In this document: piece after piece, positions 27,141-42,026 of the stretch | How the letters are laid out: each line of letters begins with the position of its first letter | Position numbering within the stretch: position 1 is the stretch's first letter | Assembly (NCBI GenBank): GCA_012295275.1 | Contig: CM022667.1 | Coordinates: 16,802,001 to 16,866,000 of the forward strand | Direction of reading: 5' to 3' | DNA: 64,000 nt | From: Chrysomallon squamiferum | Lineage: Eukaryota > Animalia > Mollusca | Notes under the pieces: generated by a model | Seen by the model: the letters and a program-made list of their open reading frames with translations, nothing else | What the model was told of the DNA's origin: nothing | Databases searched by the model: none | Position numbers and translations under genes: made by a program

Positions 27141-28140
27141 TTTTATATATTCATTACAGAGTAAGGTCTTCGGATTTCCAAATTCTTGTAATAACAATTT
27201 TCTTTGACTTTTCCTTTTCTTTCTTTTTTTCTTTTATCGGCACTGATTCTGAAACACCCGGTGTTAATAATTAATTTCACAGAGATTTAAATCTTGATCA
27301 ATACAGATTAAACTACTAACAAAACGTTTTAAGCTAAACTTAGAATTCTGTTATTGATACAGCTTAAGGAATATTATGGCCATTTCACATAATTATTATC
27401 TCAAAGGACACAGGAATGTAAACCTGTATGGAAGTTTATTGTTGAATATTAAAATCCAACAGTTATTTAACTTACGTAGTGACACCTGATACCACCACTA
27501 TTATATAAAATACACATGAAACTCTTAATGTCAAATACTAAGATTTCATCTAGAGCAACATTTCTTTGTTGCATTAGATGCATTAGTTGATTCAGAATTA
27601 TAATAACCACTGCAACAGTGATTCCATTATGTCCCACATTGATCGAGTTTATCTTTTAATATATTACGACAGCGACATCTGCAACAACAGTTATACCTGT
27701 TAGTCACCAGTATGACGTCAGTGATGGAGGTGCTAGAAAAATGTTTAAGTAGTAGTCATATTTTAAATTCTGTTTTAAAGGATGCAAGCATCTGCAAATC
27801 TCTAAACATATCCGCAATAATGGAAAAATTACAGTAATTTAATGGACTAAAAATTACACTATTTGTAGTAAATGAATTTTTAAAACGTAAAGAAAATCTA
27901 AACATATCCGCGATGCAATTCGATATAATTGTCAGAAATCGACAAGATCGACAACTGAGTTCCCAATCCAGTCGTTACAAAGTTCTCACCAGCTGCAGAA
28001 CTCTGGGATTGGATGATCTTGATGCAGCAACTACAGATGAATGCATAACAGAACAAAATGGTAATAACAAAAAGGAAAATAATAATAAAACCACTGCGAC
28101 TGCTGATATACAAAGAGCTAATAATACAGAAGAGATATCA

Positions 28141-28216
<76 letters not shown>

Positions 28217-28815
28217 TTTTTTTATTTATTTATTTATTATTTTTATTTTTTTTTATTTAGTATTGTTGGTGTTAATAGTTGAAAGGAGTAACAGTAGTAA
28301 TAAAAGTAGTTAATATTTATAGTAGCCATAGCAGTATTAGAAGCAGTAGCAATAACAGTAGTTGTTTATATTGTTGTTGACGATGACCATGATGACTTTT
28401 GACGACATTAATTAAACTCTTTCGCAGCTTCAGAGACATAAATGTGGGTTTCTACAAATACAGAGAGACAGTTGTTTCTATGTTTCTCAAGTCATTCTTG
28501 GCAAATATCTATTAAGAATCCTTATATCGTGCAAGAAAAGCCTGTTTAATGTTAAATTCGTCCTCAGAATATAATCACTAATTAAATATGATGAAAAACA
28601 AAACAAGAGAAGGTTTGTTTCGTAATACAGCACGGAAAACCTGGACGTTTGAAATAAAGAAAACAGAGAAAGCATTAAATAAAAAATAATTAATAACGAA
28701 CATTGTATTTATTTATTTATTTATTTATTTGTAGACAGAAATTACGAGAGTTCATTTGTGTTCTTCGGTACTTTTATTCCAGCTTTTTCTTTTGTTATTT
28801 TGTGCTTTGTTAGTA

Positions 28816-28979
28816 TCATTCTGAAAGGAAAACAATAGAAGTTAACAAACATTAACTGTATCTAGAAAAAAGTCTTACTACGTATATATAGCATGCACGT
28901 AGGAGCGGCTTCGATACACATTCATAAACAGACAAATACTCACACACACACACACACACATCCAGCATACGTGTTGGTG

Positions 28980-29047
<68 letters not shown>

Positions 29048-29702
29048 TTCGCCCCTTCTTTCTGTTTCGTCACAATCTTGGAAATAAACAAATCTTCTTA
29101 ACCCGTTCAGGAGATTAGCGAAGCGTTCGAAAGGTATCCTCTCAAGCGCGCCAAACTGTCTGATTACGCTTATATATACATACATACATACACACATATA
29201 TACATACATACACATATACAACACATACACACACACAAACATACACACACGCACACACATACATTGAGACACATACAATACTTACAAACACACACATATA
29301 CAGATAGATAGATATAAACACACACACACACACTCATATATTTATATATATATGTACAGACATATATTTTCACACACACAGATACACACATATATGTATG
29401 TATGTATAAATGTATGTATGCATGTATAAATGTATGTGCGAACTTATTTAAGTTGTTTTCTCTTTAATGTTTTACATATTGATTGTGCTGGTGCGGGTGT
29501 CGTCTGTTCACAGTACTTTTCTCTACAATAAACTTTGTGTCCTTCATCACCCATACCGCGTAGCAATCACCTAAACAAGGATCATCTAATGTCACGGGTC
29601 CGACATCATATGGTTTCCCAGCAAAATAGCGTGAAGTGAAGCTCGGTGTTGTCTAAGCTGAAACAAGCAAAAACATGCAGAAAAGATCGACAATATTTGC
29701 AT
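28816..29702 (-). pseudogene. Family B pseudogene (exon 1 ~29476-29702, terminal exon from 28820)
   Basis: MQILSIFSACF...YFAGKPYDVGPVTLDDPCLGDCY[fs]GMGDEGHKVYCREKYCEQTTPAP; frameshifts, first Cys lost; terminal exon TTTCAG|AATGA. Confidence 0.75.
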
Positions 29703-29793
29703 TTGATGTATTTGTTGGGATATCCGGACAAAATCTGGAAAATTTATAAGTATTCTTGAATCTCGGGAGCTAACATGTCTCATAGTGCGCCTG

Positions 29794-29847
29794 TCAAACA
29801 AACAAAAAGCACGCAGAAAATATTAACAATATTTGTACGTTCAGCAT
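29794..29847 (-). pseudogene. Family B-type signal-peptide start ending in TGA (MLNVQILLIFSACFLFV*)
   Basis: Same promoter and signal-peptide start as the gene at 46386; copies at 39257-39310 and 50128-50181. Confidence 0.65.
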
Positions 29848-30086
29848 GATTTAGTTCTCTGATCTCTGACTAAGAAAGTTAAATTTTCTGGTTTAAATTC
29901 TATCGCTCTCGACATATGTCGCGTTCGATTCATTGTTAGCCATAATCCAAATCTCTTTAATTTAGTATATAATCTCACTTAGTTCAATTCTCAAGTATTA
30001 TGAATTGCAGTTGTTGTGATGGTAAATACAGAACTCTGCTGCTACTGCTGATAGTTTTAACAATGCCACAAGATTAAAGCGATAAA

Positions 30087-30153
<67 letters not shown>

Positions 30154-31184
30154 AACAGACAAGTCTACAACGTTGCAATCAAAATGTGGAGCTTTCTGTT
30201 TAGATTGGATGGTATTAAAATGAAATATATAATCCCTGGAGCTAATAAACACAGTCATGAGAAGAACTCGATCTTAATCAATTATTACAAAGATATTGAT
30301 CGTTTATATCAGTATTTAATAGTTTATTATATTTATTAGTTTCTGTCAGGTTTCTGCAATGTTGCCATTTAGTGACATTTCTTGTACTTCGACACCGTTG
30401 TTAAATAATTTAAAAAAATGCCTTTTTTTCTCTCTGTCTTTCTTATTAATTTAAAAAGTAAGTGAGTTATAATTAATATTTATGTATAAATTTATAGTTC
30501 AGTTTTTCTTTACAGTTACAGAGAACCTACGGATGTACAGTTTAAGTATATCAGAAACAAGAGGATTAGGAGATTAACTAAATTATCCCTTATAATAATA
30601 TTTATAACAATGGTCAGATTCTTACATTGGTTGACACTTGGTCGATTGGGTCGTGGTGTAACGAATGGGCCAGGAAACAAAAACGTGACAAGCCAAAATG
30701 TTCAGATCGGGAGTCCGTTCATTTTTTGATATTCCAAACACTGGTGATATGCACATACAGCTGTTTCAGAAACATTGGGTCCTGACGTAATGATACTTCC
30801 TACTATAGCACTCCCAGTTCCAACATTGCATAAGTGTATGAAGAATAGTAAATAAATAAGAGTTTTAACTATAACAACCGTATGTGAAGAAAATTTACTT
30901 TCAGATTATTCTACTTTTGAATAAAGGAGGTAAATGAAAAAGAAACTTATTTAGAAGTTTGTTAAGTGTAGTTAAAATAAAAAAGAGACAAATATATATA
31001 TAAAATTATACATTTATAAAATTAACCCTGGCAATGATGATTCATGGTTTCACGAAGCTTATCAATTGAGAAAACATATCTGTTTGCTTAAAATTTGTCT
31101 GTCATTTAATTATTATTATTATTATTAGTGATCGTAATGTTGATGTGTTTGTACTGTTTAAAAATAATACTAAGTACAAATTAC

Positions 31185-31260
31185 CTTGAGTAGTTGGCAT
31201 TGACAAGACAGAAGAAATAATAAAATTCACACACAACAAGAAGAGCATGTGAATAGCCAT
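31185..31260 (-). CDS. Intact but orphan family A exon 1 (MAIHMLFLLCVNFIISSVLSMPTTQ/G)
   Basis: 76 nt, canonical donor; no intact E2 nearby downstream. Confidence 0.5.
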
Positions 31261-31332
31261 GTTGATTTTCCTTTGTGGCGTGAGACAGTATTGGTAATAT
31301 TTAAGTAACATTTGATGTGTGACGACTTTAAG

Positions 31333-31460
<128 letters not shown>

Positions 31461-32241
31461 GAAATTTATTCTACGGACTTTGCTATGTGGATAGAAAATA
31501 TATGTCATAATATTCATACATCTATGGACAAGATTTAATTACACGGGATCCGTCAATTTAAATACAACTTTTATTCTTTTTAACCTTCGTCTTAGACAGG
31601 GGGTTTCATTTTCCTTATTATACTGATCTCAGCGTGCACAATTTTACAAGAACATTTATCAGTTTTCTTCAGTTTTAAATACTGTACATCAGATACCATT
31701 AGGTTAAAAACAATATTAGATTAGCATTTTATTATTTTTCTTTTTGTTTTCTTCTTTTTCTTTTTTTCTGTACAAATAAATTATGCAGCATTGAGAAAAT
31801 CGTGTTTAATTTTACTGCTTTATATTCATTTATTGTTTTGAATTGGTACCTAGAAAAGTTAGTGTGTATGTGTGTGGGGGGTTACATTTGCAAACACAAG
31901 GAGAGAGAAAGACAGGTGGAAAATTTCGTCTACAATAGGTTCGTAATTATTTGCCCCAGTTGATTACTCCGCGAAATACGTTTAGTAAAGATAGACAGTT
32001 TACACGAACAGACGTTTATAACCGTATTAACAAGACTCGTCGCAAGAAACAAACAGAACAAGAAGTTAGAAGTAGACAAAATGTAATTAAAGCAGATGCA
32101 CTGCAACAAAAGGTTATACACTGTAACAACATATGCATTCCATTGTTGTATGATGTCATCTAATGTGACTGCAGTGTTATTTAAATTATCCAGAGTAGAA
32201 ACTTAATAACAGTCATCTACATAAATATAAAGTTATTGATA

Positions 32242-32365
<124 letters not shown>

Positions 32366-32480
32366 CCTTAAAAGACAGAATAATCTTTAATGTTCAGTAA
32401 CTAAAAACCCACCATAACTGTAAACTGTAATTCAAATTTATTTATTTTCAAACTTTGGTAATAATAAAAATAAATATCCT

Positions 32481-32677
32481 TCAGCCAAGAACTTGTTCAG
32501 GAAATGGCGTTGTTGCTGGTGGTGCTGGAGTATTTATAGAGCACCGAGCCTTTCCTTGTTCAGGTGGAAAATCATCTTGTGAGTCTGATTTTGGACAAAA
32601 ACAAATACCACCGTCTCCGAAAGTCGCTGTTTGGTCACCAACTAGAACCTGGCCAAATGGAGTTATACAGGTCCGTT
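32481..32677 (-). CDS. Divergent family A-type terminal exon E3 (ERTCITPFGQVLVGDQTATFGDGGICFCPKSDSQDDFPPEQGKARCSINTPAPPATTPFPEQVLG*)
   Basis: PolyT-AAAG| acceptor, phase 1, open, C-x21-C-x-C-x17-C; upstream exons not identified. Confidence 0.65.
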
Positions 32678-32739
32678 CTTTAAAAAAAAAAAAAAATAAA
32701 AAAAAAAAAAAAATAAAGTTTATATATCTTATATATATA

Positions 32740-32879
32740 ACACAAAGCCACGCCATATTCTGGTTTCCACGAACCAATAACTTGTACTTGTGGAGGACAT
32801 TTACAGTCACTATCATCACTAAAGTATTTCTGTTCTTCTCCATGTAACACGTCTCCTGATGGCGTTTTACAATTACGTT
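32740..32879 (-). pseudogene. Truncated family A exon E3
   Basis: ERNCKTPSGDVLHGEEQKYF...YGVALC then abrupt break; E2 and E1 are missing upstream (intron 2 joins a promoter relic near 33400). Confidence 0.75.
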
Positions 32880-33819
32880 CTGTAATAATAATAATAACAA
32901 TAACAATAACTATAATAACAATATTAATAATAATAATGATAATGATAATAATAATAAATAAATAATCTTGTTTTTTTTATTGTATAGTCTAGTACTATAA
33001 CGACTTCTACTACTACTATTATAATTACTGCTACTATTTTCACTAATACTACTTAATATATTTACTACTATTACTATGACAACTATTAGTCCAAATACCA
33101 CTAATGATAATACCAATAAATTTGCTATTACTAATACTATTACTATATACTTAGGACATTACTAGAAGTACTGATTCTACTATTGCCACAGTTTTACAAG
33201 TCCTCCACAATAATAGTTTCTCAGTCCTCATTACTGGCTGTTGCTATTACTGTTGCCACTATACAATAAACACCAACAACAACAACCACTACTTCGACGA
33301 CTATTACTACTACCATTACTACAACCACTTCTTCTACTAATTATACTACTAATACTACTACAACTGCTACTACTAACACTTATAAGGCTAACATTATCTT
33401 TTCATTTATTTCGTTTGTGAGTTGATCCAGTATTGATAACATTTAAACAACAGTTTCTACAGGCGCTGTTTCGTGGTTATTTTTCCTGAATAGGTTAAAA
33501 TATGTAGAAAAAAACGTGATGTGTAATGCTGACAGTGGATCGTTTCACGAGGGAAATATAGATATGAGAATAATAAGGGTTCAGCATTTATTCTCACTCT
33601 CATATTTTAAATGTTTTTGTTAAATTACGGTTACATTAGAAAGTCAGGTTCGAATTTTTCAGCTCTGTACAAACTGATCATGCAGCATCGAGAAAAAGTC
33701 TTCTTTTACATAACTGTTTTGTATACATTTACTTCATCTGATTATGTGAATTCATGGATAGAAAAGTATGTATTTGCACCTGTGTATGTGCGTGTATTCT
33801 CTCGCTCTCTCTCTCTCTT

Positions 33820-33870
<51 letters not shown>

Positions 33871-33890
33871 TTATGTGTGTATGGCTGTGT

Positions 33891-34029
<139 letters not shown>

Positions 34030-34365
34030 AACTCCCTATAAACAAGATATGTCTATAGTAGCTTCCAAATCATTTACTCAGTCCGTCCCGATGTTTTCCC
34101 TGTTAATTACAACACTAAATAATGTCACTAACAGAAAAATGTCTGAGAGTGTCTACACGTCTACAATAACATAGCTTTATGATCTTTTCAATGGCTTTTA
34201 ACGAAAAAGAGTGAAAATTGAATTTTTAACTAATTTTTTTATACGGCCGGTTGAATTTTCTGTAATTGAATATTTGTAATGTTTTTAAAGATTTTTTTCC
34301 AGACATTTTATGACTGGAGTGAAGGAATCATCTGTGAATCAAAAATCAAATCTGTGTATGACGAT

Positions 34366-34366
<1 letters not shown>

Positions 34367-34426
<60 letters not shown>

Positions 34427-34427
34427 C

Positions 34428-34521
<94 letters not shown>
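34367..34521. repeat. (CA)n microsatellite
   Basis: Near-perfect tract. Confidence 0.95.
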
Positions 34522-34525
<4 letters not shown>

Positions 34526-35319
34526 CAGCAAATAATATTATCTCAGTTAGTGTAGTATCAAAATTTATGACCTTATTTCAATTATTATACAGTATTTATT
34601 TATAACATTATTTTAATTAATATATACTAATTTCTAAGATTATACATTTTATTTCTTATAATTTCTAAGATTATACATTTTATTTCTCATAATTTCTATG
34701 ATTATTTCAATTATTATGCAACAATTTATGTGATCATTTCATGAATTTTAGTAATTTGTATGATTGTTTTTATTCAATTATTTTCTAATAATTTAGATGA
34801 ATATTTCAATTATTACATGTAATTTATATAGATATTGTGGATATGACCAGTTAAATTATTAAAGTAGTCAGTTGCTTGAGAAATTGTTATTAAACAAAGA
34901 ATTAAGAGCTTTCTAGTGTTTTAATTATTCAAATTGTATTGAGCATAGCAAGATAACAATTAATAAATTAGATTCTGAAAAATTTAGTATACTACTACTA
35001 CTACTATACTACTACCATTACTACTACTATTTCTACTATTACTAATAATAATAATAAGAAGAAGAAGAACTAAAGTTTAAAATAATTATATAAAAAAGAA
35101 CATAATTTTCAAATAGCAGTAACTAATAAATAGATAACGGAAACTTTGTGACATTAAATACGATGAAATTCATGGTCAAAAATTTGATTAAGAAATAAGT
35201 TTGCAGTTGTTTCCTTACGTTTTGTTTTTTATGCACTTTAACTTGTTTCTTGTCTTTGTTCACCAGGCCATACTCAACATCAACTGCAATTCCAATTACA
35301 ATTCAAACACAAATTAGCA

Positions 35320-35519
35320 NNNNNNNNNNNNNNNNNNNNNNNNNNNNNNNNNNNNNNNNNNNNNNNNNNNNNNNNNNNNNNNNNNNNNNNNNNNNNNNNN
35401 NNNNNNNNNNNNNNNNNNNNNNNNNNNNNNNNNNNNNNNNNNNNNNNNNNNNNNNNNNNNNNNNNNNNNNNNNNNNNNNNNNNNNNNNNNNNNNNNNNNN
35501 NNNNNNNNNNNNNNNNNNN
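35320..35519. other. Assembly gap (200 N)
   Basis: Run of n; the right flank resumes in the middle of a duplicated block. Confidence 0.99.
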
Positions 35520-35839
35520 CAAGTAATCGTGAAGAAACATGCAGTTTATACAAACCTGTGAAAAGCAAATAAGCAAAGCTGCACTGTGGTGAGAATCCGA
35601 CTCAATCGCCTTCAACCAGAACTTCGTCTTTGTTTACTTCTGCACCTGCGACACCACAAGATTTTCTTTTGCGCAATAAAACCATTTCCTATTGCAAATT
35701 CATCCTCATTAGAGCCTCGCATTACAGGAATCAGTAAACTACTGTATTCTTTGAATATCTTGTGCATTTTTGAGAGTGAGGTCTAAAAAAAAAATTTTCT
35801 TTTTTTTTTTTATTTTTTTATTAATTTTTTATTTATTTA

Positions 35840-35912
<73 letters not shown>

Positions 35913-37550
35913 TTGGCCTCTTAATGGATAGCATTACCCATTTGAGGCCTTAAATATTTTCATTCCTAATGCATGCATTCATATACGAAATGATAACCGA
36001 CTATATAGTTAAGGGAATAGTTGTCTGAACCATTTTAAAACAATTAACGGTGGTTTATTCGTAAACCGGCCTCACTAAATCAGAGACAGGACAAACAAAA
36101 TCAGAGACAGTTGATCCTGGAAACATTGTCTCTAAATGCACTGGTTAACGAATGAATATCGTATATGTCATGTCAGAACGCGAATTCTACCTAAGTTGGT
36201 GCGCTCCGTTTTCATGTCATTAATTATTATCTGATTCTGCCTACAAGAAGCAGCAGCAATAGCGGTAGTTGCTAATATTGTTGTCTAAATTTTAAATATG
36301 TAGTATTGAAAGTAAAATATCAATAATGTAACTACATTTTAAATTTTCGGAGAAAGCAAATATCAGGTACGATGGATCAGGATATCATTTTACATAGACT
36401 ACTCAAATTCGGAGAATACGAATCCCAACCTTCATCCATTTACATACACTGATTTCTACTTCTTCTTCTTCTTCTTCTTCTTATGGTGTTGTTTAAATGT
36501 ATCTTTACAATATAATTAATTAAACAAACTGTCTTGAAAACTCTCTCGCTGTCTCGGACACTGAGACACAAATGTAATTATTCGTCTATAGTGCATGAAA
36601 AACATGCTTATTTTCAAAGATGCTTTAGTGACACTGACAAAATTGTCCTCAAAGTGTAATCATTGATTAAATATGGTGAAACTCAAAACAAGGAACGGTT
36701 TCGTTCGTAATATAGCAGAGATAATCTGGACTTTTGAGGTAAAGGAAACAGAGAAAGGAATTCAATTAAAAAAAAAAAATTAATAACAAACCTTTTATTT
36801 ATTTATTTATTTATTTATTTAGAGACAAATGTTAGAAGAGTTCATTTTAGTTCATCTGTGTTTCTAACACCGCTGCTACTTGAATTATTTGGTGTTTGGT
36901 AGTATCATTCTGAAAGAAAAACAAAATAAATGACTAAACATTAACTGTTTATCTAGTAAAAAGTCTTATTACATAGATATATCATGCACGAAGGAGCAGC
37001 TGTGATAGACATGCATAAACAAAGAAACACTCACAAATACACACAAGCACTCATGCAGCACACGTGTATAATTGTGTGTTTGCGTAAATGCGTATGCATA
37101 TCTGTTGAAATAATCCTTTTCACAGAAAAGAAGCACAGTCTTCCAATCCATCGTGCTAGGAAACAGTGTGAATTTAAAGTAAATTTACTTCTGTATCTTA
37201 TTCTACATTATTAACATTAATATTTTTATGTTCCTACACGTTTCGGAAATTACGGATCTTTCTATTTTCAAGGCAGCCTTTCCTTTTTTTTTTCTTTGCT
37301 AAATAGAGGAACTACTGTGTATCTGCTTTCAACACTTAAGGTCTAATTCAGGCATAAAACACACTTCACGTTTTATTCATTTTGGAAACAGTTCGTTGTA
37401 AAATTAAATATTTCGACTTTTCGTTAAAAATATATTCATAAACACAAATTCATTGAAGAATATCTCACAGTTTGTAATTAACTCAGAAAACATTTCGAAT
37501 ATTTCGTTCTCGGGAAAACAGATTCTGTATTTCATCACGAAGATAGACAA
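35520..37550 (+). repeat. Third copy of a duplicated block (matches ~48170-50090 and ~61620-63780)
   Basis: Collinear high similarity from CAAGTAATCGTGAAGAAAC onwards. Confidence 0.9.
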
Positions 37551-37599
37551 AAAGACAAACAGAGAGAGAGAGAGAAAGATGTATGTATGTATGTATATA

Positions 37600-37645
<46 letters not shown>

Positions 37646-38106
37646 TGTATGTATATGTTTAAGTTTGTGTGTATATATCTGTGTATATGTATGTATGTAT
37701 GTATATTTGTATAAATTTATGTAAGAATGTATGAAAGAACTTTCCAAAGGTTGGGCTTTTTTGTGTGTTCTTTTCTTTGTTTCTCGTTGTTGTTGTTGTG
37801 TTGTTGTTGGTTTTTTGGTTCTTTTTTGTTGTTATTGTTTTTGTTTTTTTTTACTATCTTACTTCGTGCTATTGGTGGTGTTGTTTCTGCTGTCATTCCA
37901 CCATAGTAGTTTTCCCTGCAATAAACTCTGTATCCTTCATCACCTATTCAGTAGTAACAATCACCTAAACAGGGATCATCTAATGTCACGGGTCCGACAT
38001 CGTATGGTTTCCCTAAATAATAGCATGTTGTGGAGTTCGTTGTAGTATGAGCTGAAATAAGCATGAAGCTTGCAGAAAAGATCAACAATATTTGTACAGT
38101 GATAAT
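36905..38106 (-). pseudogene. Family B pseudogene (exon 1 37863-38106, terminal exon from 36909)
   Basis: Start lost (ATT ATC), in-frame TGA at 37948-37950, two Cys to Tyr changes; CYYLGKPYDVGPVTLDDPCLGDCYY*IGDEGYRVYCRENY; phase-1 donor GTAAGA. Confidence 0.8.
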
Positions 38107-38160
38107 GATTTAGTACTATGATGTGTGTAAACAGAGAGATACAGAAAAAGAGAAAGAGAG

Positions 38161-38318
38161 AAAGACAGAGAGGCAATCAGAAAAAGATAAATACAGAGAC
38201 ACATGCCGTTTAGGTATTATTAATCTTAATGCTAACTGACGTATTACCTGTTTTAAGAATAACATTCACATGCTTTATTATTACATATGTATCTAGGAGT
38301 GTATATACACATACATAC

Positions 38319-38350
<32 letters not shown>

Positions 38351-38403
38351 TTGTGTGTGTGTATGTCTCTCTCTCTTTATCTCTTTCTCTTTCTATCTAC
38401 CTC

Positions 38404-38444
<41 letters not shown>

Positions 38445-38692
38445 ATATATATATATATATCGTTATTTCTGTATGCATGCATGTATCGATGGATGAATGT
38501 ATGTATGTTTCTTAGTTGTTTTCTTCAGTCTCTTACTTGTTATTGGTAAAAGACAGAGAGGCAATCAGAAAAAGACAAATACAGAGACACATGCCGTTTA
38601 GGTATTATTAATCTTAATTCTAACTGACGTATCACCTGTTTTAAGAATACCATTCACATGCTTTATTACTACATATGTATCTAGGTGTGTAT

Positions 38693-38748
<56 letters not shown>

Positions 38749-38905
38749 TTGTTTGCGTGTATGTCTATTTCTTTATCTCTTTCTTTATCTATCTATTTAT
38801 CTATCTATCTATTTATATATATATATTTGTATTTCTGTATGCATGCCTCTATCGATGGATGTATGTATGTTTCTTAGTTGTTTTTTTCAGTCTCTTACTT
38901 GTTGT
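38161..38905 (+). repeat. ~390-bp tandem duplication separating the 38106 pseudogene from its promoter relic (~38950-39030)
   Basis: AAAGACAGAGAGGCAATCAGAAAAAG recurs at ~38161 and ~38549. Confidence 0.85.
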
Positions 38906-39256
38906 TGGTGGTTCTGGTGGTGGTTCTGATAGTGGTTCTGCTATTATGTATGCCAAGAAAGTTTATTTTCCTGGTTTAAATACTACTCTTCCCAACATAT
39001 TATGTATTTGATTCAATGTTAGCATTTATTCGAATTTGTTTAACTTCTTCTATGTCATGTGTCATCTGCGTGCGTGCGTGCGTGTGTGTGACGGTGGGTG
39101 GGTAGGTGTATATAACTGTATAGACGCGAAACCCCATTTCACGAACACGTATTTGCCTCATTTTTGGCATATCCGTGCAAAATCTGGAAACTATATAAGT
39201 ATTCTTGAATCGCAGGAGCTAGCAAAGCGTCGGAAACATGTTTCGTAGTACGCCTG

Positions 39257-39310
39257 TCAAACAAACAAAAAGCATGCAGAAAATATTAACAATATTTGCA
39301 CGTTCAGCAT
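39257..39310 (-). pseudogene. Family B-type signal-peptide start ending in TGA (copy 2)
   Basis: MLNVQILLIFSACFLFV*; further stops follow downstream. Confidence 0.65.
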
Positions 39311-40497
39311 GATTTAGTTCTCTGACCTCTGTGACAGAAAGTTAAATTTTCTGGTTTAAATTCTATTGCTCACGACATATGTCGCATTCGATTCATTATT
39401 AACCGTAATCCAAATATCTTTAATTTAATATATAATCGCACTTAATTTAGTTCTCAGATATTGTGAATTGCTGTTGCTGTGTTGGTAAATACAGAAATCT
39501 GCTGCAGCTGCAGTTAGTTTTAACAATGCCAATTTATTTCTTGCACACGATAAAGGAGATAAATCACCAGAAAATTCAAATTTTATTGATAAAATTTCCA
39601 CTGCTGGCGTTTACAGTAAATAGAAACATATCAAGTGCGTTTTAATTTTTCAACCCTTTTCTAGTAAATATGGGACAGAGTCATCTACACTGATAACAGC
39701 AGTACCCGATAAATGAATAAACCATCAATATATTAATCATTTTTTCTTGTTAATATATAATGATAAATTACATTAATTTTTTATTAATTTTTAATCAAGT
39801 GTTTAAATAATTGCAATATTTTGTTTTATTTTAAGGCAATATTAGATAAGTATTTCTTTTTATTTCATTTCTTCTGTACAAATAGATTATCCTGCATTGA
39901 GAAAATCGTGTTTAATTTTACTGTTTTATATTCATTTATTTTATTGAAATAATACCTAGAAACGTGCGTTTGTGTATATATGTGTATGTGTGTGCATATC
40001 TGGGCGTCTGTGTGTGTCCGCGTGTGCGTGTGTGTTTCTGTGCTACATTTACAAACACAAGGAGAGAGAAAGAAAGGGGAGAAATTTCATCTACTATAGT
40101 TTCGTCATTATTTTCTGAGTTTTATTATTTGACAAGTTGATAACACCACGAAATAACGTTACTTAAAGATAGAAAATGTCGGTCTACACGAACAGAGATT
40201 TGTAACCGTATTAACAAGACTCGGCGTAAGAAACAAACAGAACTAGAAGTTAGACGTAGACAAAATGTGGTTAAAGCACACGCACTACAACCAAAGGTTA
40301 TATACTGTAACAACATATGCATTCCACTGTTGTATGATGTCATCTAATGTATCCATGTTTACAGACAGTATCGATGATTACAGTGTTATTTAATTTATTC
40401 AGAGTATAAACTTAACTCAAACCATCTGCATAAGTTATTGATATTTTAAGATAGGCATAAAACAATTTAATACTGAATATCACTAATAATAATAATA

Positions 40498-40600
<103 letters not shown>

Positions 40601-40681
40601 TGTACATATGCATTTATCGATAACTATTTGTATAATTTGTCCATATTATTATTTTATTTTACTGTACCAAATATTTACTCA

Positions 40682-40895
40682 TTAACTTGTTGTTTCCGGC
40701 ATCTTAGAGGTGATAAGTGGTGTTATTGTCGTTCTTGAACACAAAGCCACGCCATATTCTGGTTTCCATGAACCAATAAGGTATGTTTGTGGAGGACATT
40801 TGCAGTCACCATCATCACTAAAGTATTTCTGTTCATCTCCTCGTAACACGTGTCCTGATGGCGTTTTACAGTTACGTTCTGTAATAATAATAATG

Positions 40896-40948
<53 letters not shown>

Positions 40949-41876
40949 CATAATAATAATAATTATTATTATTATAATAATAATGATAATAACAACAACA
41001 AAAAATAATATTACTAAATAAACAATCTTTTTTATTGTCTACTACAGTATTATAAAGAATTTGATTACTACTATTATAATTGCTCCTACTATTTCCACTA
41101 ATACTACTAATACATTTATTACTACTACTACTATAACAACTATTACCACTACTACTCCAAATACCACTAATTATAATACCAATACATTTCCTATTAGTAA
41201 TTCTATTGTTATTGCATTTAGGACATTACTAGAAGCAATGATTCTACTATTACCACATATTTTACAAGACCTCCACAATAATAGTTTCTTAGTCTTCGTT
41301 ACTGGCTGTTGTTATTACTCTGTGGTAAATAAACACCACCAACAACAGCTACTACACGACAACTATTAATACTATCATTACTACTACAACTTCTGCTACT
41401 AATTCTACTACTAATACTATTGCTACTACTAATAATTATAAGTCTAACATTATTATTACTAATCCTACCTTTAATGATAATAGTAAGCCAATCACTACTA
41501 ATACTAATTGATCGAACTACGCTAGTAATACTACTGCTAGTATTAATGCTACGATTACTGGTACTAACGAGACTTCTAATAATTAAACTTTTACTTTGTC
41601 TACTGCTGTTGGTATAAGGAGATACTGAAAAGTTGCCTACCTCAACCCCTGTATCTTCAACAGGCATCAGGTCCTTCAGGATCGAAACACATTGGTGGAA
41701 AATAATCAGCGTATATACAACGAATTTCTAATTCTGATGAAGAACCAGAACTAAGCTGACAACGACACTCGTCCGCACTACGCTCATAATCTGGAAGACT
41801 TGTCCAGGTCCGTACATTTGTCCATTGTGAGAGCAGTGTCTTCCTGTTGGAGATGATGGTGTAGGTGGCGGCAGCT
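40682..41876 (-). pseudogene. Family A pseudogene: E2 41641-41876 (1-nt deletion, stops), E3 40682-40878 still open; E1 missing
   Basis: GTC-TTCCAGAT deletion, TGT TGA; E3 reads ERNCKTPSGHVLRGDEQ...ALCSRTTITPLITSKMPETTS*; intron 1 homology breaks near 43300. Confidence 0.85.
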
Positions 41877-41929
41877 CTGTGGTATGTGCAGAATAGTAAG
41901 AACAACAACAACAACAACAACAACAAATG

Positions 41930-41981
<52 letters not shown>

Positions 41982-41991
41982 TAATGATGAA

Positions 41992-42026
<35 letters not shown>

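Noticed and set aside
35250-35615. ORFs containing X runs
   Set aside because: Artefacts of the 200-N gap.
39257-39259. Conserved in-frame TGA as possible selenocysteine or readthrough
   Set aside because: It falls at the end of a signal peptide, further stops follow, and no SECIS was recognised.
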